A stretch of 64,000 bases of DNA from an uncultured delta proteobacterium. Lineage in GTDB: Bacteria > Myxococcota_A > UBA9160 > UBA4427. The DNA is taken from contig CAWGJT010000014.1 in the NCBI GenBank assembly GCA_963822965.1, positions 256,001 to 320,000 on the forward strand. The letters are read 5' to 3'. Every line of letters begins with the position of its first letter. Position 1 is the first letter of the stretch. Both the position numbers and the translations under genes were made by a program. The notes below the pieces were generated by a model. That model ran no database searches, was not told the origin of the DNA, and worked only from the letters and a program-made list of their open reading frames with translations. Shown here in pieces: positions 9,994-18,613 of this stretch.

Positions 9994-10057
9994 GGCCGCG
10001 CCAATCCGGAGCCTCGTGTTGAAGCACGCGCCGAGCTCGCTCGAGGGTCGTGCTGGG

Positions 10058-10870
10058 GTGTCGCCCTCGGAGGGGCTGCTCGATGCGCCGCCGGAAAGCG
10101 AGCCCTACTACCACCCGCTGGGCGACGAGATCAGCATGTTCGAGGCAGCCGCCGCTCATCGGCTTCCGGTGTTGCTCAAGGGGCCGACGGGCTGCGGGAA
10201 GACGCGCTTCGTGCGCCACATGGCCTGGCGCATGCGACGTCCACTGGTCACGGTCGCCTGCCACGACGACCTCACGGCGAGCGATCTGACCGGTCGCTTC
10301 CTCGTGCGCGGCGGCGAGACGCTCTGGCAGGACGGACCGCTCACCGAGGCCGTGCGTCGTGGTGCGATCGCCTACCTCGACGAGGTCGTGGAGGCGCGCC
10401 AGGACACGATCGTGGTCCTGCACCCGTTGGCGGACGACCGCCGGATGCTGCCCCTGGAGCGAGCCGACGAGCTCGTGCAGGCTCATCCCGACTTCCAGCT
10501 GGTCGTCTCCTACAATCCCGGCTACCAGAGCCTCGCCAAGGAGCTGAAGGCGTCGACCCGGCAGCGCTTCGTCGCGCTCGAGCTCGGCATCCCGCCGCCG
10601 TCCGTCGAGGCGGAGATCGTCGCGAGGGAGTCGGGAATCGAGGTGGGGCCGGCGGCGGCGCTCGTGAGAGTGGCCGAGCGAATCCGACCGCTTCGCGACC
10701 GCGGACTCGTCGAGGTCCCGAGCACGCGGCTCCTCGTGCACGCGGCACGACTGATCGCCTCGGGCGTCGACCCGGTGCGGGCCTGCGAGACGGCTCTGGT
10801 CGGTCCGCTGACCGACGATCCCGAGCTCGCCGCGACGATCGCCGAGATCGTCCGTGCGGTGCTCGGCTGA
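10058..10870 (+). CDS. norQ: NorQ/CbbQ/NirQ MoxR-type AAA+ ATPase (start uncertain)
   Basis: Walker A 'KGPTGCGKTRFV', 'LDEVVEARQD', 'SYNPGYQ', 'STRLLV'. Confidence 0.93.
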   Translation: MSPSEGLLDAPPESEPYYHPLGDEISMFEAAAAHRLPVLLKGPTGCGKTRFVRHMAWRMRRPLVTVACHDDLTASDLTGRFLVRGGETLWQDGPLTEAVRRGAIAYLDEVVEARQDTIVVLHPLADDRRMLPLERADELVQAHPDFQLVVSYNPGYQSLAKELKASTRQRFVALELGIPPPSVEAEIVARESGIEVGPAAALVRVAERIRPLRDRGLVEVPSTRLLVHAARLIASGVDPVRACETALVGPLTDDPELAATIAEIVRAVLG

Positions 10871-10877
10871 GGGAGCG

Positions 10878-12893
10878 ATGCCCGAGGCCGAAGACGTTCT
10901 GATCGAGGCGGCCGAGCGGGCAACCCGCGCCGTGCGCGCCGTCTGGGCGCGCGGCGCGGGTTCCGAGGGCGCATTCGAAGAGCGGGAGAGCGAGCGGCGT
11001 CTCGCCCTGTGGCTGACGGCCTGCTTCCGGCGGAGCTGGCCGCTGGCGCCGGTCGACGCCCCGCGTGCGCCGAGCTGGGTGGGACGCCTGCTGCGCAGCC
11101 CGCCGCCCTGGCAGCGGGTGCCCGAGGCGACAGCCTCGACCGATGGGATGCGAATCCTGCTGCCGCGCTCCGGACTCGCCCACTTCGATCCCGGTGATGG
11201 AACCGGCGCCCTGCTCGCCGCCCTCGGGCTCGCCCGTCGCCTCGCGCAGGGACGGCTGGGCGCGCTCCCCAGCACGCGCGGCGTGGCGCGCGATCTCGAC
11301 TGGGCGCTCGAGGGCGCGCTCGCCGAGGGGGCGATCGTGCGCGACCTCCCGGGGCTGCGGGCGGCCTTCGCCGCTGCCCGTGCCGGCGCCCTCGAGAGGA
11401 GGCCCGCCCTCGCGCAGCTGCGCCCGGCCGAGCGAGCCGTTGAAGCGCACGTGCGCGGCCTGCTCGAGGGGGGATGGGGCGAGCTCGGCGCGGCGTTCGC
11501 GTCGCTCGGGGAGGATCCAGCGCCCGACGTCGTCGCGTCGGCAGCCGAGGCCTTCGCGGACGCGCTCGAAGCACGCGAGCGCGCGCGCTATCGGGGCATG
11601 GCGCCGGTCGCCCACTGGGGTGAGCCGCCGGGTGCCCCGATGCCGCAGCTGCCCCCGTCCCCTGCTCCCGACGCACCCCGTCGGGGGCTGCCCAGTCGGC
11701 GCCTGCCGCGCCGTGTCGCGCGTCGACCCGCAGAGACGCGAGACGAACGCGCGGGACCGTTCGTGATCCCCTTCTCCGATCCCCACCTCTCCGTGGACGA
11801 CCCGGCGGGCCTGGGCCGCCCGCCCGACGGAGGGGAGGAGGACCTCGCCGCGCTCGCCGAAGAGCTGGCCAACCTCGACGAGCTTGGCGTCGTTCGGAGC
11901 GCGGCGCCGGTCGCGGAGCTGCTCCTGGGGGACGACGAGACGCGCAGCGGCACGGGGGCTACCTCCGCGGTGGGGGTCGACGGCGCGGGGACCACGGTGT
12001 GGCTCTATCCGGAGTGGGACACGCGTACGGGTAGCTACCGCGTGCCGGGCTGTCGGGTTCGCGAGTTGCCGCTCCCGGCGCTCGCCGGGGACTGGGCGGA
12101 GCGCGTGCTGCAGGATCGGCGAATGCTCCTGGATCACCTGCGCCGCCACTTCGAGACCCTGCGACCGAGGCGCGCGCGGATCGCACGACAGCTCGACGGC
12201 GACGACATCGATCTGACGGGTTGGGTGGACGAGTGGGCGGAGCGCCAAGCGGGACGGACGCCCGCCGGCCGCCTCTACAGCCGCGAGCGGCGGCACCGCC
12301 GGGAGGTCGCGGTCGCGCTGCTGGTGGACGCGAGCGGGTCGACCGACGCCTGGGTGTCGGGTCGCCATCGCGTGATCGACGTCGCCCGTGAGGCGGCGCT
12401 CTGCTTCTGTGAAGCCCTTGCACCCCTGGGCGACCGTCATGCCGTCTACGCCTTCTCCGGCACCGGGGCCGCGGACGTGCGCGTACGCGTGGTACGGCGC
12501 TTCGAGGAGAGGGGCGTGCACGGCGTCCGATCGCGCATCGGAGGGCTCGAGCCCGACGCCTTCACGCGGCTCGGCGCGCCCCTCCGGCACGTGACGGCTC
12601 GGCTGGCACGTCAGCCCGCCCGGGTACGGCTCCTGCTGCTGCTCTCCGACGGCAAGCCCGACGACGAGGACGTCTACGAGGGCGACTACGGCGTCGAGGA
12701 CGTGCGCCAGGCCGTTGCGGAGGCGCGGCTCCAGGGCATACACGTCTTCTGCGTCACCATCGACCGGCAGGGCCCGACCTATCTGCCGAGAATGTTCGGT
12801 CCCAGCGGCTACACGGTGCTCTGGAACGTGTCGCAGCTTCCGGCCAGGCTGCCGCAGATCTACCGGCAACTCACCGGCGCGGCCGGGCACTGA
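10878..12893 (+). CDS. norD: NorD von Willebrand factor A accessory protein
   Basis: 'YPEWD', MIDAS-like 'DASGST', 'TRLGAPLRH', 'LSDGKP.D.D.YEG.YG.ED'; follows norQ. Confidence 0.92.
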   Translation: MPEAEDVLIEAAERATRAVRAVWARGAGSEGAFEERESERRLALWLTACFRRSWPLAPVDAPRAPSWVGRLLRSPPPWQRVPEATASTDGMRILLPRSGLAHFDPGDGTGALLAALGLARRLAQGRLGALPSTRGVARDLDWALEGALAEGAIVRDLPGLRAAFAAARAGALERRPALAQLRPAERAVEAHVRGLLEGGWGELGAAFASLGEDPAPDVVASAAEAFADALEARERARYRGMAPVAHWGEPPGAPMPQLPPSPAPDAPRRGLPSRRLPRRVARRPAETRDERAGPFVIPFSDPHLSVDDPAGLGRPPDGGEEDLAALAEELANLDELGVVRSAAPVAELLLGDDETRSGTGATSAVGVDGAGTTVWLYPEWDTRTGSYRVPGCRVRELPLPALAGDWAERVLQDRRMLLDHLRRHFETLRPRRARIARQLDGDDIDLTGWVDEWAERQAGRTPAGRLYSRERRHRREVAVALLVDASGSTDAWVSGRHRVIDVAREAALCFCEALAPLGDRHAVYAFSGTGAADVRVRVVRRFEERGVHGVRSRIGGLEPDAFTRLGAPLRHVTARLARQPARVRLLLLLSDGKPDDEDVYEGDYGVEDVRQAVAEARLQGIHVFCVTIDRQGPTYLPRMFGPSGYTVLWNVSQLPARLPQIYRQLTGAAGH

Positions 12894-12948
12894 GCGCGCG
12901 GCGACCGAACGAGCCGAACGTGCCTGGAGGAGGATCGAGCCAGCGAAA

Positions 12949-13458
12949 ATGGATGCCCCGCGCCTTCCCAGAGCCGTCGAGGACGAGCCCCGAGCCGCGC
13001 ACCTCTCGCGCGCGCTCGCGGGGTGCTCGCAGCCCCTGTGGGCGGGCGCCGAGCTGCGCGTACCGCAGGTCGATCTCACACCGGCCGTCGAAGCCGCCCT
13101 GAAGAGCGCCTCGTCCGCGCGACGCATCGTTCGTGGGTTGGAGGCAGCCGAACGGGCTCTCGCCGCCGAAGCCGAGGGGTTGAGCCACGTCGACCGAACG
13201 ACCGGGGTGCCGCGCGGCGAGCGCGTCTCGAGGCTGCTGGTGCTCGCGGACGACGGAGCGGAGCGCTTCTACCGAAGGGTGGAGTCGCTGCTGCGTCGAC
13301 ACGCTCCGCGCGTGCTCGCCCTGCGCGTGTCCGCCGATCAGCACGTCCTCGGCCGGCTGCTCTTCGGTCCCGATCAGGTGGCGCGGCTGCTCCTGGTCGA
13401 GCACAAGGCGGCCGTGTCCGCGGTGCTGCTGGCGCTCGCCACTCCGATGCCCGGGTAG
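12949..13458 (+). CDS. hypothetical protein, possible L7Ae/L30e-like fold
   Basis: 'RIVRGLEAAERAL...RLLVLADDG...LGRLL' resembles L7Ae-family patterning; 55 bp after norD. Confidence 0.5.
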   Translation: MDAPRLPRAVEDEPRAAHLSRALAGCSQPLWAGAELRVPQVDLTPAVEAALKSASSARRIVRGLEAAERALAAEAEGLSHVDRTTGVPRGERVSRLLVLADDGAERFYRRVESLLRRHAPRVLALRVSADQHVLGRLLFGPDQVARLLLVEHKAAVSAVLLALATPMPG

Positions 13459-13546
13459 GGCGCGATCCTCGTCCGGGGAGAGGGCTCGCCGGGCCGGTCG
13501 AGCTCGAGCGGAGCCCGCGGGCACGGGCCGGAAGAGGTGTCGCGGC

Positions 13547-14467
13547 TCAGGGCTCCAGGCCGGCGAGCACGGACTGGAAGCGCGAGCGTTGTCCCGGTGC
13601 GGCGGTCATGTCCGAGTTGATGGGCGTCACGGTGACATAGCCGGCGGCGAGCACCTCCGTGTCCGAATCGTGCACGTCCGCCTCGTCTCCGGTGCCCGGG
13701 CCTACGGCGGGAATGAAGACGTCGCCGCCGATGGGGACGAAGATCAGCGACGCGGAGGACGCCTGCCCCTGGACGGTCAGCTTGACGCCCCGGACGTCCT
13801 CGGGCGCGACCGTCGGGTAGTTGACGTTGAGCGCGACGCCGGGAGGCAGCAGCCCGGGCTCGTTGGCGAGACCGCCGGGCTTCGTCTCGAGGTGGGCGAT
13901 CAGCGCCACCGCGAACGCGGCCACGTTGGCGAAGTGTGCGGTGAAGGCCGGATCGGTCTCGTCCACGTCGGGCGCGTCGCTGCTGAAGGCGATCGAAGGG
14001 ATACCTGCCGCCAGACCGGCGGTGGTCGCCCCGACGGTGCCCGAGAAGGGAGTCGCCGTGCCCACGTTGGCGCCCACGTTCGTTCCGGAGACGACCAGGT
14101 CGGGTGCCACGCCGCCCAGGGTCACGCTCAAGCCGAAGAGCACGCAGGTGGCCGGCGTCGCGGGGACGGGCGCGCGATCGCCGGTGATGAGCTCGTCGAG
14201 CGCGTAGAGCGCATAGTCCTGGGCGCCTACCTGCACTGGTGAGACCGGCGCGAGGTTGATGGCGGCGCTGCTTCCGCTGCGCTCGCCGAAGGGCGCCACC
14301 AGGGTGACGTTGTGTCCCGCGCCCTCTAGTGCCGCCTTCAAGGTCTGGATACCGACCGCCGAGTAGCCGTCGTCGTTCGTGAGCAGGATGTCGAGCGCTT
14401 GCGACGGTGCGGCGTACAGCACCAGTACGAAGGTCGCCAGGAGCCAGCGGTGAGCCGATCGGGTCAT
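13547..14467 (-). CDS. surE: SurE-family 5'/3'-nucleotidase with N-terminal signal peptide
   Basis: 'ILLTNDDG', 'APFGERSGSS', 'SGTNVGANVG...SGTVGA'; signal peptide ending 'PSQA'. Confidence 0.88.
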   Translation of the reverse strand: MTRSAHRWLLATFVLVLYAAPSQALDILLTNDDGYSAVGIQTLKAALEGAGHNVTLVAPFGERSGSSAAINLAPVSPVQVGAQDYALYALDELITGDRAPVPATPATCVLFGLSVTLGGVAPDLVVSGTNVGANVGTATPFSGTVGATTAGLAAGIPSIAFSSDAPDVDETDPAFTAHFANVAAFAVALIAHLETKPGGLANEPGLLPPGVALNVNYPTVAPEDVRGVKLTVQGQASSASLIFVPIGGDVFIPAVGPGTGDEADVHDSDTEVLAAGYVTVTPINSDMTAAPGQRSRFQSVLAGLEP

Positions 14468-14619
14468 GATTCTGCCCTCCCATGCGGCTTGGGCCGGAGT
14501 CGAGTCCGGCGAGTCGAGCCCGGGCCCGACCCCCCATGCCTATCATGAGCCGGGTTTCGAGTACAGAAGAAAGCGACCGGAGTGCGGATGTTAGGTGTCG
14601 TCCCGAGGGGGCGCGGGTC

Positions 14620-15918
14620 TCAGGCCTTCTCGAACGCGAGGGGAAGGGCCACGAGCCCGCGCAGCAGGATGTTCGGCCGGTGCTCGAGGGGAAGGGCGTC
14701 CGCAGGGATGCGTAGGGTGACGAGTCGTTCGCTCAGGGCCTCGAAGCACTCGACCAGCTCGGCCTTCGCCAGCTGGGCGCCCAGGCAGTAGTGGAGCCCG
14801 TGGCCGAAGGCGACGTGCTCGTTCGCGTTGCGGCGCTCGATGTCGAAGCGGTCCGGGTGCGGGAACACCAGCTCGTCGCGGTTGGCCGCCGCATAGCGAA
14901 GCATCACCATCGCGCCCTTCGGGATCTCCACTCCGCCGAGGATCGTGTCCCGGGTGCAGACGCGCCACATGTTCGCGGTCGGCGTGGCGAGCCGCAGGAT
15001 CTCCTCCACGGCGTTCGGGATGAGGCCGGCGTCCCGGCGGATGCGCGACCAGGCGTCGGGGTCCTCGGCGAAGAGCCGCGCGCCCTCGCAGATCGTGCTG
15101 GCCGTCGTCTCGTTGCCCGCCACCAGCAGCTGCTGCAGGATCGAGAGCGACTCGGCCATGTCCAGGGGATTGCCCCGTTCGTCCGCCGCGTTGACCATGT
15201 CCGAGATGATGTCGTCCCGGGGCTCGCTCCGACGGGCCGCGACGATCTTCGCGAAGTAGTGCTGGAACTCGAAGATCAGCTCCCGGGCCTGCTTCTGCTC
15301 CTCGGGGCTCGCCATGCCGCCGAGCTGGGCGACGAAGCCGTCGGACCACCTCTTGAAGCGCGGCAGCTCCCGAGCGGGTACGCCGAGCTGCTCGGAGATG
15401 ATCGTGAGGGGTACGGGAACCGCGAATGCCTCGCGCAGCTCGACCCGGCCGTCGTCCACGAAGGCGTCGATCAGCTCGTGGCAGAGCTCGCGCATGCGCG
15501 GCGCGAGCGAGCGTACGCGCTTGAGCCGGAAAGCCTTGTCGACCAGTGAGCGGTAGCGCTTCTGCTCCGGCGGGTCGGCGGTGAGCATCGTGTCCACGGG
15601 AAGGAGGGGGCGATCGAGCACGCCCGCCTCGACCTTCGCCGCGTCGGCCTTCGCGGCGCCGGCCCTCGCGGCGCCGGCAAAGGCGCTCTGTCCGTCCGCG
15701 GGTGCCATCGCGGCCGCGAACCGGTTCGAGAAGATCTCCCAGCTCTTGACCGCCTGCATCACGAGCTCGTAGCTCGACACCATGTAGATCCCGGTGTGGG
15801 GGTCCCGGTAGACGGGCGCTTCGCGCCGCAGCAGGGCGTAGTACTTCCAGGGGTCCTCCTGGAGGGCTGGATCGAAGGGATGGAAGCTCTCGAGGCTGCT
15901 GTCGCCGACGGCGGTCAT
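14620..15918 (-). CDS. cytochrome P450
   Basis: 'AGNETT' I-helix, 'EEILR' ExxR, 'FGHGLHYCLG' heme ligand. Confidence 0.95.
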   Translation of the reverse strand: MTAVGDSSLESFHPFDPALQEDPWKYYALLRREAPVYRDPHTGIYMVSSYELVMQAVKSWEIFSNRFAAAMAPADGQSAFAGAARAGAAKADAAKVEAGVLDRPLLPVDTMLTADPPEQKRYRSLVDKAFRLKRVRSLAPRMRELCHELIDAFVDDGRVELREAFAVPVPLTIISEQLGVPARELPRFKRWSDGFVAQLGGMASPEEQKQARELIFEFQHYFAKIVAARRSEPRDDIISDMVNAADERGNPLDMAESLSILQQLLVAGNETTASTICEGARLFAEDPDAWSRIRRDAGLIPNAVEEILRLATPTANMWRVCTRDTILGGVEIPKGAMVMLRYAAANRDELVFPHPDRFDIERRNANEHVAFGHGLHYCLGAQLAKAELVECFEALSERLVTLRIPADALPLEHRPNILLRGLVALPLAFEKA

Positions 15919-15981
15919 TCGCTTCTCTCCAAGCCGGGATTCCAGAGACGAGCCCGCAAGATCCCCTTCCGGGGCCGCGGT

Positions 15982-16956
15982 TCAGGGCGCTACGACCACC
16001 TTGCCGACGACCCTTCGCTCCAGCAGGTCGCGCAGTGCCTGGGGTGCCTCCTCGAGCGAGTACGTGCGCGAGACGTGCGGCCTCAGCTGACCCGCCTCGA
16101 TCATCTCGTCGATGGCGTGCACCACGCTCTCCCGGGTTTCGGGCTCCCTGCCGAGCATGGCGCCGAGGAAGACGCCGATGATCTGGCAGCCCTTGAGGAG
16201 GGCGAGGTTCAGGGGAATCCTGGGGATGCCTGCGGTGAAGCCGATCACGAGGAAGCGGCCCTTCCAGGCGATGGCGCGCAGCGCGGCCTCCGCGTAGTCC
16301 CCGCCCACGGTGTCGTAGACCACGTCGACCCCGCGGCCCTCGGTGAGTGCCTTGGCGCGGTCCTTGAGGCTCTCCTTCGAGTAGTCGATGGTCTCGTCGG
16401 CGCCGTGCTGCTTGCAGAGGTCGAGCTTGGCATGGCTGGAGGCGGCGGCGATCACGCGGGCTCCCAGGGCCTTGCCGAGCTCGACCGCTGCGAGGCCCAG
16501 GTTGCCGCCGGCTCCCAGCACGAGAAGGGTCTCTCCCTTCCGCAGCTGCGCGCGATCCACGAGCGCGTAGTAGCCGGTGCCGTAGCTGTAGACCAGGCCG
16601 GTGGACTCCGCGAAGCCGACGTTCGCCGGGATCGGACGCGCGGCAGCAGCGGGCACGCAGACCCGCTCGGCGAAGGCGCCCACGAGGCCCAGGCTGGCCA
16701 CGACCCGGTCGCCGACGGCGGGTGTCTGCACGCCTTCGCCCACGGCCGCCACGACGCCGGCGGCTTCGCCGCCCGGGATGAACGGCGGAGTGGCCTTCAT
16801 CTGGTACTTGTCCTCGATGACGAGGGCGTCGGGAAACGTGACACCGGCCGCCTTCACGTCGATGAGGACCTGGCCCGGGGCGGGCGCGGGGTCGTCGATG
16901 TCTTCGACGACGAGGTTCTCGGGCGGTCCGAACTGCTTGCAGACGACGGCTCTCAC
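15982..16956 (-). CDS. NADPH:quinone oxidoreductase (MDR/zeta-crystallin family)
   Basis: 'PPFIPGGE', 'LVLGAGGNLG', 'VGKVV'; GAGGAG RBS. Confidence 0.9.
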   Translation of the reverse strand: MRAVVCKQFGPPENLVVEDIDDPAPAPGQVLIDVKAAGVTFPDALVIEDKYQMKATPPFIPGGEAAGVVAAVGEGVQTPAVGDRVVASLGLVGAFAERVCVPAAAARPIPANVGFAESTGLVYSYGTGYYALVDRAQLRKGETLLVLGAGGNLGLAAVELGKALGARVIAAASSHAKLDLCKQHGADETIDYSKESLKDRAKALTEGRGVDVVYDTVGGDYAEAALRAIAWKGRFLVIGFTAGIPRIPLNLALLKGCQIIGVFLGAMLGREPETRESVVHAIDEMIEAGQLRPHVSRTYSLEEAPQALRDLLERRVVGKVVVAP

Positions 16957-17032
16957 GTGGCTCCTCCTCTGCGGGGGAGGGTAACGAAACGACGACGCCC
17001 GGAGCCGGCCGTCCGGATCGGGGGCCGTCCCG

Positions 17033-17455
17033 TCAAGCGCCGCCCGACCGCTTGGCCAATGCGGAGACGAAGCGCTCTGCGTCCACCACGAAGCGCTCGT
17101 GGGTGCCCTCGGACACCACCCCGGCGTCGTCCCGGGCGGAGACGCGGAACTCGAGCCGGCGCTTGTCCACGCCGGAGAGCTCCACCGAAACGGTGACGGG
17201 ACAGCCCGGGGGCGTGGGCGCGGAGTGGCTGAGATCGAAGCGGGTGCCGACGGTCTGCTCCCGCGGCCAATCGATGTGCGGATTCACCGCCTGGATGCAC
17301 GTCCACTCGATCAGGCCGATCAGGTAGCCGCTCGCGAACACCCGGGGCATCAACTGGAACTCGGGAGCCTCCGGGTACAACGCCGGCACCGTCTTGTCGT
17401 CGGACACCTGGAAGGTGAACTCGTGCTGGATTCCGGGCCGGAGCGTCTCACGCAC
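17033..17455 (-). CDS. FlK-like (fluoroacetyl-CoA) hotdog thioesterase
   Basis: 'VFASGYLIGLIE', 'TVGT...SHSAPTPPG', 'GTHERFVVD'; GTG start at 17455. Confidence 0.85.
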   Translation of the reverse strand: MRETLRPGIQHEFTFQVSDDKTVPALYPEAPEFQLMPRVFASGYLIGLIEWTCIQAVNPHIDWPREQTVGTRFDLSHSAPTPPGCPVTVSVELSGVDKRRLEFRVSARDDAGVVSEGTHERFVVDAERFVSALAKRSGGA

Positions 17456-17573
17456 GTCGCATCTCCCTCGGTGCCCAGGATCGCCCATTCCCCGCGGCGG
17501 GGGAAGACCCGCCGCCGGCGAGCCGGCCCCGGTCGAGCTGCGGTGGCAACGCGGGGAAGGGTAGACTGGCGCG

Positions 17574-18356
17574 GTGAAGGAGCCGGTGGAAGTCGCGCGG
17601 AAGACGCGTGCGTGGCGCCTTGCCGCCCTGTTGGCCTGCGCCGTCGCGGTGTGCGCAACGGGCTGCAATCGCCGAGGGTCGGGCGAGGCGCGGCTCGGCG
17701 TGTCGCCGCAGATCCCCGCTCCCCGGGCGACCCTCGACGCCCCCGCTGCCGGGTCCACCTCCGAGGACCCGTCGCGCTCCTTCGCGTGCACGCTCGTGAT
17801 CGGCTACAGCCAGGTCGCCGAGTGGTACCAGGCGGGCGGCGCCTTCGAGTCGACGGTCGAGGACGATCGCTGGGAGCTGCTGTGGAACGGGGGCGCCGGC
17901 GTCGATCGCTGGCGCGATTCCGACTACGAAGGCTGGAGCGAGCCCTTGCACTCGCCGTGCTCGTCCGGATCGAATGCGCCCGATCGGGTCCTGCTGTCCA
18001 TCAGCGGGCCGTATGGCGCCGACGAGACGAAGTGGGCCGATGCCATCGCCGCCACGGTCGCGGCGATTCGGCGGAGGTACCCGTCGGTCGAGCGGATCGT
18101 CCTGCAGCCGGTCGTCGGGGGGCCGGGCCATCGGGACTGCGTCGTCGACGGCGATCGGGTGCGCGCCTCCTGGCAGCACGCGCACATCGACCACGCGATC
18201 GCCGCCGTGGTGAACCGCGTGGACGTCGTCGCCGGTATGTCGCCGGAGGTGCGCAGCTGCGCCGACTACCGTGACGCCCTGGGGCACCTCACCCCCGACG
18301 GAGCGGCTGCCGCCGGCAGCAGCATCGGCGCCCACTACGCTTCTGCCGGGGGGTAG
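17574..18356 (+). CDS. putative lipoprotein, possible SGNH-hydrolase-like fold
   Basis: Signal peptide with lipobox-like 'ATGC'; 'VIGYS' and 'DALGHL' resemble SGNH blocks I and V. Confidence 0.55.
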   Translation: MKEPVEVARKTRAWRLAALLACAVAVCATGCNRRGSGEARLGVSPQIPAPRATLDAPAAGSTSEDPSRSFACTLVIGYSQVAEWYQAGGAFESTVEDDRWELLWNGGAGVDRWRDSDYEGWSEPLHSPCSSGSNAPDRVLLSISGPYGADETKWADAIAATVAAIRRRYPSVERIVLQPVVGGPGHRDCVVDGDRVRASWQHAHIDHAIAAVVNRVDVVAGMSPEVRSCADYRDALGHLTPDGAAAAGSSIGAHYASAGG

Positions 18357-18613
18357 CGGCGGCAGACCCGGGCCTCGGACCCGTCGGGGCGACGAATCCA
18401 CCCATGATCCTCGGGGGCGTCGCCCCCCGTTGGCCAGGTCTCACGCAACACCAGCGAGAGCCTCGCCCGTGATAGCCTGGGGTGGGCCCGGCTCACGAGC
18501 GGCTCTGGGCGGCGGTGCAGCTCGGGCGAGGCGAGGAGGTGGCGCGTGGCGCGCTTCCTGATCTGCGGCGAGCCCGCACGCGGGCACCCGGAAGGCGAGG
18601 CGACGTGGGCGCC

